A stretch of 64,000 nt of DNA from Schmidtea polychroa (Eukaryota): contig CM097885.1 of the NCBI GenBank assembly GCA_044892525.1, positions 38,752,001 through 38,816,000 on the forward strand. The letters run 5' to 3'. Below the pieces are notes generated by a model, which was not told the DNA's origin, did not search any database, and saw only the letters and a list, made by a program, of their open reading frames with translations. Positions 24,201 to 36,200 of the stretch are shown one piece after another. Both the position numbers and the translations under genes were made by a program. The stretch's first letter is position 1. Each line of letters starts with the position of its first letter.

Positions 24201-27200
24201 CTATAGACTCCTCCAATTTTATCTTTCACGAGGTATGATATTAAAAAAAGTTTCAAAAGTGTCATAAGATTTAAACAGAGGCCATTCATGAAAGCTTTTA
24301 TCGAGGAGAACATTAGATGTCGAAACATTGCAAAAAGAGAAGGTAACCTTTTTAAAGATAATAATTATAAACTTTTAAACAATTCAGTCTTTGGGAAGAC
24401 AATGGAGAATGTTGATAAATATACTCATATTGAACTCCTAACTAATACTGCCAAAGATATTAAGCGTTATAATCGTATGCTAGGAAAGCCTACATTTAAA
24501 AACGCACAAGTATTTTCTGAAAGTCTTACTGCAATAGAACTAAAGAGTTTTGAGAAAACATACAACAAACCAATATTTATAGGGTTTTCAATTTTAGAAC
24601 TTTCAAAATTACAAATGTATGAAACATATTATAACATCTTACAACCTATATATGGTTCTAATATATCAATGCATGCAATGGATACAGATTCAATGTTTTT
24701 AACAATAAGAACTCATGATTTACAAAGAGATATAGCTGAAAATCCTATACTTTCAAATTTAATAAATTCAACTGGAGAATTATTTTCATTTAAAGATGAA
24801 AAACCTTTTACTCCTATAGAAAATGGAATATTTATTCGTGCTAAACAATATTCATACGAAACATTTAAAAACCCTGAATTTATAACCCGAGAAATTATAT
24901 TTAAAACCCCAGAAAAGAGGAAATTATTTCATTTAAATATCCTATATTCCCTAAAGGACCAGAGGGACAAGAAGAAAAACCTGTAAAGGATAACAGATGT
25001 AAAGGAATACAGAAATCCGTTGCAAAGAATCTTTCTCATCAAGATTATATAGATACATTGAATCCAAATCATAAAAATAAAATTGATGAAGTGCATCAGA
25101 TTAAAAGCGAAAACCATGATATTCACTTGATAGAATCTCAAAAAGTATCATTATCAAATTATGATGATAAGAGATTCATCCTAAGTGATTTAAAGACAAC
25201 TCTACCTATTGGAAATAATTTAATACCGATAATAAAAAATCTAGAAAAGTTGAATAAGTTATATGATACAAAAATTACTGATCTTGATATTTATAATGTT
25301 GAAATCATTTATCCCGAGAGAAATCGAGAAGCCTTTATATTCTCAAGTTTTTAATCCTATATGTTTAGAACTTAAATATTTTAATACTGATCCTGAATAT
25401 ATAAAAGGTCTAAGTGATAAAGAATTTAAAGATCATAAATTAATGATTCAAAGGTTGGCTTTCAACGATATTTAATTTTTTAATAATAAAATGTCGACAA
25501 TTAATTTAAGCAACTATAGCAACCTGATCTAATTTTTTTAAAAATGCATCCATTTTATATATTTATAATTTTAAGAATTCTTTAACCATTTCTCCCGTTT
25601 AATTTTTTTAGAATATTCATTAGTTATAACATTAGCACTTTTCAATCTATTAATATTATTTTTAATATCTTGTATTATTTGATTTGATTTCATTATTTCA
25701 TCATCAGTTAAGATTCCATCTTCCAAAGCTTTTAATTGAAATAAAAATAATTTAGAGATTCCTAATTCTATTGACAAACAAACTTCACGATATAAACTTT
25801 TCTTTTTTGAAGTATAAGATAATGAAACTATTTCAGTTAAGAAACCATCAGCTACAGAAATACTTCCAAGTATTACTGGCGCAAGTGTTAAAACTGGTAA
25901 AGTTATAGGTAAAATAACTGTTAATATTGCAGATGCAAATCCTAAAGAATAACCTATAACTTTTAAAACTGTATTCCCTTTATTCCATCTATTTTTAATT
26001 TTTTTATAATGCTTTAATAAATCTTGTAAATGTAAGGTTTCTGATTTAAATTCTTTTACTCTCATAATTTCAAGTTCTGTGGGAGTTGAAGGTCCCGAAG
26101 GTTTGGGGGAATAATATCCTGATGACAATTCTGGGTAAACTTTTTCTTCTCTTACTTCTTCCATTTTAATAATTAAAAAAATAAGATTTTATTATCTGGT
26201 ACCAATACTCAGATATCATAAGAGACTCTTGTTGAGAGAATGTCTTTATACAATTCCATCAATGCTTTACGAACTTCATCAACATCAACCTTTTTTTCAT
26301 AAAATATTAAATCTATATATTGTACAAGTGTGCTTTTAAAAATAATATTCTTACTTTTAACTTTATGTGTTTTATGTGAATCAGTTTTATCATGCCAATA
26401 TCCATGTGTTAAATCATAACCACTTATTTTAACATCACCCTTTTCAAACTTACTATTATAATCACATTTCACAAACCATTTCATTCTTTCATTATCATCA
26501 TCAAATAAAAAGAAATAAGGATCAATAATCTTTACAACCATAAAAACACTCCATTCTTTACTATTTGTTGTTATTAAAGTTGGTTCTATAAAATGTTTAT
26601 ATGTATGGGGTAATAATGTTTTATTCTGTTCTAATTCAGCAGCTCTTTTTCTAATACTATGTGTGGTGTTAATGTGTGTTGTATGAGATTCTAAATTTGA
26701 AAGTCTTTTATTAAATGATGTAATCATCTCATTTATTATATTATATATTGTATTAAATTTAGTATTCATAATTTGTTTATCTTTAGAATTTAATATACTA
26801 GTATTTAACTTTACAACTTGTTCAGTTAACAGACTTTGTAACTTGTCAAATTTATCATTAAATCGTTGTTCGATATTATTAAGCTTTGATTCCATTGAAT
26901 CAATTTTTGTTGTTAATGAACTTTCAATTCTTGTTGTTGTTAAATCAGTATAATTTTTATTAGCAGCATCACCTTCATCAATTGGTAAAGATAAATCTTT
27001 TATCTTGTGTCCATTTAAATTTAAATCACCCTTCATTGAATCACCTCTTTCATTAATATATTTATTTTCTGTTAAAGTTAATATTTCTTCTGTATTAAAC
27101 CCTGTTTTTATTGTTCCACCACCTCTATTACATGGAATATAAGAACTCATTTATTAATAATTTAAAATGAATCTTCAAACCTGTTTCAAATGTAAATACA

Positions 27201-30200
27201 TTGAAATCTCTTCTCCATTAAAATCAATCAATTCTCCTTCTTGATTAAGAATTTTAAAATTAATATCCATTATATATTTTCTACATAAAGGTAAATAATT
27301 TGGAGGATTCATTCTTTCAACTATTTTATATCCCATAGGAACTGTGTTTGAGGGAAAGGAATATAAAATATTACTTTGTTTACCATTATTATAAGAACCT
27401 GTTATACAATCGCAATGAATATTTATTGTGTTTGTATTTATTATTTTTATAATATTTTCTGATGTAACTTCAGGTGTGGTATAATGGTTTTGTGTAAATC
27501 CTAAAATTGTTCTAAAGAAACTATTATTTTGAAACCTAAGTCCTATATTCTTTAAAGTCATTATACATTTTGAAGTTGGTAAATCTATTTTAATTTCAAT
27601 AGCTCCATTTGTTTTTTTAGAAAGTATATTATTTAAATCTTTTATCTCATAAGCCCCGGGTTCTATTATTATTATGTTATACTCCGTTTTTGGGGGGCTT
27701 ACATAACTAAATGTGTTAATATCTTTAGTTATATTAAAAATAGTATTATAAGCACAAAACCATAATAGACCTAATTCATAATTTAAATTTTGATCTAATT
27801 TTATTGAATCTTCAAAATTTATAGTAAAGTCTGATTCTTTTGAATTTATAGGTAAAGTTCTTGAATATTTATCTGACATTATGTTTACCATTTTTTTAAA
27901 TTATCTTCCATTTCTTATAGTAGAGATTTTAAATCATTATAAATTTCTTGGATTAAGGAAGTGAAACAGTAGTCCCCTTTGGACAGAATCCCTTGAGATT
28001 TATTCAATCTATACAAAACATATAAGCTTAAAATACCACATATTTTAGTATTATTAGGTTGAACTTGTAAAGAATTAAAAGTATAGTCCTCTTCGAGCTT
28101 ACTCCGGACAGATAGTCTTCAACTTCTTTAGTGGGTTTAATCCCAAAAGAATCAAAGTAGATTGGGACTTCGTCCATATATATACAAACCCAATGAGATC
28201 CTTTTTCATTTGAATTTTGATAATTTATTATTATATTCTTTGGAGTGACCCTTTGACCTTTGACCTTCGGACCTTTCAATTCATTATTCATTAATATTTT
28301 TATTTTTAAATTTAAATAATCTGCATAATCTTTTAAATCAAAATTTGTTTTTGCATTTATTCCAAATGTTTTTAAAAAATCTAATATTGAAGGAGTCATT
28401 TTATATACTCATTAAATTTATCTTTTGAAATTATTCCTTGTTTTAACAAATCTTTAGAAATCTTTAAAATATCAGAATCTAAATTATTATGTCCTGCTTT
28501 TTTAGCTGCTAATAGTTTTCTTAATTCAATAAAAAGATTGATTGGGTTTGCAGCCACGGGCATCCCCTTACCCTCTGTAACAACATAACCCCTTTCATTT
28601 TTATTTAAATAATTCTTTAAATCTTGAATATGTTTTGCTTTAGAACTACCATGTATTAATTTTATTAAGTTTAAATATTTATCAATTTCTTCTTTCTTAA
28701 CATCATCTGGAAGATATCCAGAAATTAATCCATGAAAACCATCTGAAAGTTCAATGTCTACACGCTCTCTATTCATAAAAGTATTTGTTGAAATAATCGC
28801 TGGATTATTTTTTGAATTTAAATATATATAAAATTTTTGATTATTAATTGTTATTGTTTGAAAACCTCTAGGATCATAACCTATAGTAGGTATAATTGAT
28901 TTAGCTAGTGATGTATTAATTTTAAAATTAACTGGAGTCTTAAGAGGTGTTAATCTTGAAAGAAATTCATCTTCTTCTAAATCAATAGTATTTCTACGTT
29001 TTCTTAAACCCATTAATCTTGATAATTCCTTTTTAGAAGGTTCTATAGCTTTAAGTTCAGGGGTTAGAGGAGCTTCTATAGTTTTAAGTCCCTCTATAGC
29101 TTTAATTGTTGGCCCCTGTTGTTGTGTTATTACCTCATTTAATATTATAGATTCAGCATGTTGAGTTGTATCTTTTTTATTATATTTATCTTGTTCAGAT
29201 TGTAATTTTTTTAAAAGTGCTAATCTTTCTTCATATACCATTTTTATGGTATTAAAAATGGTATCAATGGGGTTCGAAGGGCTTCAAGTATAAACCTTTA
29301 CCATTTTTAGTTTTACAAAGGCATCCATTCTTTAAAGATTTACATATTTTTTTTAAATCATCTTTATCTTTTGAAGATAAAGATTCAGATGTAGAAATTT
29401 GATTTTTTAAAAAATCATTTAAACCTCTACCTTTATAAGAATCAAGATAGAGACCCTTTCCCTTGGACAGAGTCCCCTGAGACTTTTGACCTTCAGACAG
29501 AGTCCCCTCATATGGATTAAGATAGAGGCCTTTTCCCTTAGCTTGCCCTACCTTCTTCATTGAATCGATTTCAGTTTGTAGTTTTTCTTTTTCTAGGTCT
29601 GTCTTTTGAGATTCTTTAGCTTTTTGAACTGTAGTTGCAATTCCTCCAGCTATTCCAGCAGCACCTGATAAACCAGCAATGATTGCAGGCATTAAAGCAG
29701 CTAATGGAAGAATGCCGCCTTCTTTAGTCGAAGAGCCCTTCAGCTTCGCTCTAACTTGTTCTTTTACATGTTTTCTAATAAAATATTTTTTACCATCAAT
29801 TACTACTGATTTATTTTAATTTGAATTTATTAATTCTTGCAAAGATTCTTCAGTAGAGGAACTCTTCGAGGTCATTTTATAATAAATAAAATGGATGTAC
29901 GAAGTCCAATAATTTGGAAACCAATTTTAAATAGACATAAATCTAAATTTAATAATAAAGTATTTCCTGATAATTTTAGATTATTAATTGTTGGTTCTTC
30001 TGGATGTGGAAAGAATGTACTTGTTTTGAAAATGTTGCTTGAAGATGGTTTTTTAGATTATAATAATTTAATCTTTTACTCTACAACTATAAATCAACCA
30101 GAATTACAACTTTTGAAATGTGGATTTGAAAATAAATTAACTAAAAATGCAATAATTGATATTTTTAAAAATCAACATAGATGTCCTGAAGAAGTTTTTC

Positions 30201-33200
30201 AACCTTGTGATATGGTTGATTGGTATAAGGAAAAGATTTTAGAATCAAATATTAGTAATAAAAATGATTATATTTGTGAAGAGGGGCAGGGGATTCAAGT
30301 TTTATTCTCTAATAAACCTGAAGATGTTTTACATTGTGATTTACTTCCTAAAGATAAAAAGAATCTAGTTATATTTGATGATGTTGTTAATATGAAAAAT
30401 CAAGAGATTCAAAAGAGTTACTTTACAAGAGGAAGACATAATAATTGTAATGTTATTTATATATCTCAAACTTATTATGCTTTAGATAAAAATTCAATAA
30501 GAAATAATTCTAATTGTTTTATATTTTTTAAATTAGATCGCCGTGATAAGAATATGATTTATAATGATTTATTTTCAAATGTTGAACCTGATAAGAATAT
30601 GTTTGATATGTTTGTTGATAATCATTGGAAAGAAAAATATAATTATATTTATTTGGATAGAGAAGAAGCTGAAATATGGAAAAGTTTGTTTTAGAAATCT
30701 GTTTTCTGTAGTTCATTATTATAAAATCTACCTAATATTTTTTCATTATTTAAATCAATGATGCTATATGTTATTGGAGTTGTATAATGTATTTTATTTA
30801 TAATAAAAATTTCATTTGTCCATTTTGCTGTGAATCCTTTTTCAAATTTATTTTTATATTTAAATATTCTTACTCGGTCACCAATTTTAAACTTTGGTTT
30901 TTCAATAACATCATTTTCAACAGGATTTATGAGTTCCAAAGGATTCAAGGAAGCATTTAAAGGTGTTGATTTTATAGAACTATGTACATCATTATTATAT
31001 TCATTTACAATCTTTTGTAACAATTCATTGTTCCATTTTTGTTTTCCAATAGCAGTAAAATATTTCCACATTTTATTTTTTAATGTTCTATTTAATCTTT
31101 CAACCACAACTGCTTTTCCTTCGTTTTCTGTTGAATATAATTAAATATCATTTTCATTTAAAAACTTTGTAAAAACTTTGTTATAAAATTCTGTTCCTTT
31201 ATCACACCATAAATATTTTGGAATTCTTTGATGTTCTTCAAATATATTTTCAAATGCTTCTGTAATGGAATATCCTGTTTTATTTTCTAAACACCTTGCA
31301 AAGGCAAATCTTGAATATAAATCTATTACAGTTAAAATTATTTTATATTTTTCAGGGTCTGATGATTTGGTTGGCATAAAGACTAAATCTGCAGATCATG
31401 TTTGATCTTTTTCATGTACTTGAACTTTTAAATATTTTTTATTTTTTCTAAATTCATGGTGTAATTCGTTGGCATATTTTATTTGTGATTCTGTTGGGGT
31501 TAATAAACTAGTCTTGGATATATTCTCGAGGGATCTTTCAGCATCTGCTTGTTCAATAATCTTTTTATTAGCAACATCTTTTGCCATCCTTGGTAAACTA
31601 GCACCTATGAAAATCTTACCTTTCATTGCTAATTTAACTAGAGCTCTTTGAATCTTTTCTTGGGTTGATGGATTTTGGATACTATTTAAATCATGTATTA
31701 AATTAACATCTGCAACATGTCTATCTCTAAGATCTTCTGAATTGTAAGCAATATCATGTTTTAAAGCTGCTTGGTCGATTCTATTTATTGGTTCTTCTCC
31801 TTGTTTGGGATTATTATTTTCATCTAATTTAATATCTAATCTTGTTCCTGGTCCGGTATAGTTGTGTTTAAATAAATGTCTTTCACCTGGATATTTTTCT
31901 GTAGTAAAAGGTTTTAATATTGAAGATGTCACTTTTGAAGATTGTAGGTCGCCTCCGGCTCGTGGAATCATGTCGCCTCCTATATGTTTTTTAGTTTTTA
32001 GATGACTTGCTTTATGATGTCTTGTAACTTGACAATTACAACTTTCACATCTCCAATAGAGAGACATTTTAAAATGTTAAAATATTAAGAATCTCCCCTA
32101 ACATTTTCGATTATTGAAATCTTTCCACCATATAATTTCATTTCTATTTTCTTTTCTTCTAATATTAATGTATATACTTTAGCTTTAAAATTAGAATCCT
32201 TTGTTACATGAAGTGTAACATCAACATTATTTATGGCTAGGCGATCATCTTGGTCTGAAACATTTATACAAAATATAGAATATAAATTTTTGAAATCTTC
32301 TAAACTTAATTGCGGTTCAACTTTGAAATCATAACATGTTTCAATATAATTTAGATATGGGAATATGTTTTCATTATTTTCAATATTAAATTCCATTCTA
32401 TTTATTGGATAATAAGAACTATTTAATTGAATTTGGATTGTTTTTAAATTATCAACTCCAATCTTTTGAATAAACAAGTTGTTATTTTTTTGGAAAGATG
32501 AATCTACTTCTTTGAATCCAATCAAGATATATCTTGGTCGGTATGCTAAATTTGCTACCTTTATAGAATATGTTGAACCCTCTGTCATACTAAATTCACT
32601 ACAGATTCTATTTAAATAATTTACATTTATAGACTTGTTGGAATTTAATCTTTCAAGGAGTTTGATTTCAGAATGTGGATTTAATGTCCATTCAGGTATA
32701 TGCAATTCAAGTGTTGATATTTTTAATTTAGCTGTTGTATCCTTATCTCCATAGAACAATCTTTTATCACCTTCTACTCTATTACAAACTAATTCTATAA
32801 AAACATTATGAAGTATACGATTATAGTTTTGAAGGAATCCAAACAAGTGTTTTAATTCAAAATAACCTTCAAATTTTTTAGATTTATAAAGTTCAGCTCT
32901 TTTATAGTAACCATAATTTATATCTAAACCATCTTTATCTAAATCTCCTTTATTAACATCAGGAATCCAGCCTGTTAATTCACCATATTCATTTTTATAA
33001 TCACAACCAGTCAAAATAAAATTTAACATTGTAGAATATACTCCCGGATGCAAAACAGTTTCAATTTCTGATGATCCTAGTTTTAATCTCATGTTGGAGA
33101 ATAAATTTGGAAAGAAATTATTTTCTAGGGTTATATCTTTGTTTGCTTCAATTTCTAATTCGATTTTATAATATAATTTGGCATTACAAATATCTATAGG

Positions 33201-36200
33201 GTTTGATGTTTGAAGAGATTGAAAAACTATATCACCCCTACGATTTAAGTTTGCAATAGATCCTGAAGTTGGGGAAATTTTAAGTACATCGTTTTTCTTG
33301 ATTTCATGAGTAAATTCTTTATTATAATCAAGATTTAATTTATTTTTTTCTTGAATTTTTATATTATTCATTTTTATATATTAAAATTTACACACACAAA
33401 ATAGGATTAATTAAATATATTATGTAAGCCATTATAGCGGAGTGGGAATAGGCTTCAATTTTATCACCGGGAGTACCGGGTTCAATTTTCGATTTTGGTC
33501 AATTTTTTTCGATATTTTTTTTTCAACGGAATCTGATTCAGCGTACTGATTTTAGTATATATTTAAATTTTCAGATGGATCTGAGTGGTAGTTGTCGAGA
33601 AAATGAATAATTAATTATTAATTTCATCAATAAATAGTCACACATTAACAACTTATTTTATATTGAGTATAGCTCTAATAGCTTAGTGGTAATAGCACTC
33701 GACTGCATTGCCAATACCAATGGGTTCAAATCCCATTTCGGTCATTTTTTTTCAAATTTTTTTTTAACGAAATATTGATCAGCATACTCGATTTAGTACT
33801 TGTACAAATTTTTAAGGTGATTGGTCAACGGTAACTCTTGGAAATTTAAGATCAAAAACGTTTTAACTACCAAAAACTAATATATCCAATAAAAAAAATA
33901 TTTATAAAAATGGATGAGTTAAAAGAAAGAATGAGAAATGAATTGAATGAAGTTAAACATAAGAGAATGAAAAGAAGAGAAGAAGAACCATTAGAATACA
34001 TCAAAGAGTTGATGGTAGATAATGAAAAGTATCGACATTTTTATATGAAGGCTGTAGATGTTGCTGATATAAGATTGAAGAAAATGAAACAATTACAGGA
34101 AAGAGTTAAAGAACTTGAATCGATTATTTATAGTCTAAAAAATGACAAAAATCCAAACCTAGATAGCGCAGTAGGCTAGACTGGCACAGTGGTTCAAATA
34201 GATAGCGGTTCAAATCCTAACTACGGTTAGTTTTTTTTCAACATAAAATAATATTAAAAATTTGAAAATAATATTGAAAATGGTGTGGGTATCTTAGATT
34301 TATAAAGTAGTTGTATATTTTATTTTATTTATTTTATTTTTTTATTAATTAATTAATTTTTAAACATAAATATGAAAAAAAAATTATTGAAACGGGTGAT
34401 GGTGGCGAACCGGTAATTATCGCCACCTGTCTTTCGAACACCCCCGGATCGATTCTTTAATGTGCACATTTATTTCTCAGTTGTTTTCGGACCTCTTTCG
34501 GATTCACTTTCGAATTCATTTGTACTTTCGAGCAGCACGCTTAAAACGCCGATGAAATCGTATTCGAGCGAGAAGCGAATAATAAGGTGTGCTGCTATTA
34601 TCGGATTGATTCTGATGTATGAGTCTGTCCAGCTTGTATATTAGAAGAGATTTGATAAACGAAAGAGGTTGAAATGATCCGGATCAAAAAAACTGTTGAG
34701 GGGACAGTGAAAAAAAAAATACCACTGTCCCCTCAGAGCAGTTTTACTATTTTTCATTTATTTTTTAATTTATATAATTTAAAATCAATAATCTGATAAA
34801 GATCAACTCCGGAGTTTGATTGCGATCAAAAGTAGTGTGTATATAGCCCTATCCCAAATAGCCCTCAAACTTTTTCATAATGCCATTTTCTTTTCTATTC
34901 TCTTTTTAGTTAGAAGCTTTTGAGTTTGAGGCTTTAAAGATTAAGAGTGGTTGTTGTTTAAAATATGGGGTTAAAATACTATAAAAGCATAGGTTTTATG
35001 TTGTTTTTCTAATGGTTTAAGTGTAATGGAGGTATGTTTTTGTTGGGAGGGCTGTTTGGGTTGGGTATATATACACACTACTCTAATTAGGCTTATATAT
35101 TTAGGCTTATATACGGGTACTTGATTTTGGACAAAAAATTGACTATAAAAACTCACTTCGGCTTATATACGGATCGGCTTCTACACGAGTATATACGGGA
35201 TATAGTTGCGATAAAAATAAATGGAATTTTTAAAGAAAATAGATCGAAGGTGAAAAAAAATTAAATATTTTATTGAAAATATATTTAATTAAAGTCAATA
35301 ATTTTTACAATTAAATTATTGATCTTTTGTCAAAATGAAATATCATCAAAAAAAAAAGATTTTACTAATTAATTAATTAAAAATGAATTAATTAAAATGT
35401 AATTAGTAAAAATACAAAGTAATTAATTAAATACAAGGTAATCGATCTCGCCAGTGATCGTTAGAGAGATCGTTATAGTATGGTTTAAAATCGGCATGTA
35501 TAGAATAAAAGGAGATTGTGTAGCGAAATTGAAGGGATTCCTAGATGAAAAGATTGCATAGGTTTTTGTCCACTTTCACGTTCACTGGTTGCATAAATTC
35601 CTTTTCTTATTTATTTTATATTAAATTTCGTCATGTACTTACATTATACATTAAAACCAATTTTTTACGTGCTTTATTATTTATCTAATTTGTGTAAGAA
35701 TGTTCAATTATCAAACGTTGATTCTATCATTTACATAGCCAACCCACAAAGAAGTAATCCTGAATTTCCTTCAAAAGATTTTAAATAAAAATTCAAAGGT
35801 ATTGTACCATGAAATTTCAAAAATAATTCGGCATCCTCGATATGATCCATGTGAGATTCTTAATAATAATTTATAATAAACATTCCAATATAGTATATTT
35901 AGAAAATGACATCGCTCTTTTGAAGCTGAAGACGAAATTGAACACAAGTCAAGATTCGAATATTGGAATAATTTCGCTGACTTCTCACAACGATTCTAAT
36001 TATTCTTGGCCAATTTCTGGCCAGGTAATTTTAAATTTTACTTGTTTTTTACGGTTTACCCCAATAAAGGAGAGGCAAAAACGGTGCGGGCAATAAAAGC
36101 GCAGATAAAAAAGGAAATATCTCCAGCTAATCAATATATCTTTTTATAATCACCATATGCCCTTTCTAGAAACTAATTATAAATACTTAATGAACGATTT

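Larger units (their letters stand above)
20123..35082. mobile_element. Full-length Polinton/Maverick (adintovirus-like endogenous dsDNA virus), 14,960 bp
   Basis: AGTAGTGTGT...ACACACTACT termini, 6-bp TSD CTAATT (20117-20122, 35083-35088), ~0.92 kb TIRs; pPolB, ATPase, protease, integrase and both capsid genes present. Confidence 0.97.
20005..35198. mobile_element. Tc1/mariner (pogo/Tc2-like) MITE split by the Polinton; arms 20005-20122 and 35083-35198
   Basis: ta|ccgtgtatactcgtgtataagccga ... tcggcttctacacgagtatatacgg|ga inverted termini; TA on the left, right TA mutated to GA. Confidence 0.8.

Noticed and set aside
21800..25340. Programmed frameshifting or introns explaining the split pPolB
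   Set aside because: There are four shifts without a common slippery motif, and coding similarity is continuous across each break, so mutation or sequencing indels are simpler.
22618..31398. TGA-as-Trp recoding in the Polinton (in-frame TGA at plausible Trp sites, 22618 and 31396)
   Set aside because: TGA is a genuine terminator for the penton and 281-aa genes, TGG codons are used freely, and an in-frame TAA plus several frameshifts show ordinary decay.
33672..33744. Functional tRNA-Cys(GCA)
   Set aside because: The anticodon stem (CTCGA vs GCCAA) and acceptor stem do not pair properly; reported as tRNA-like only.
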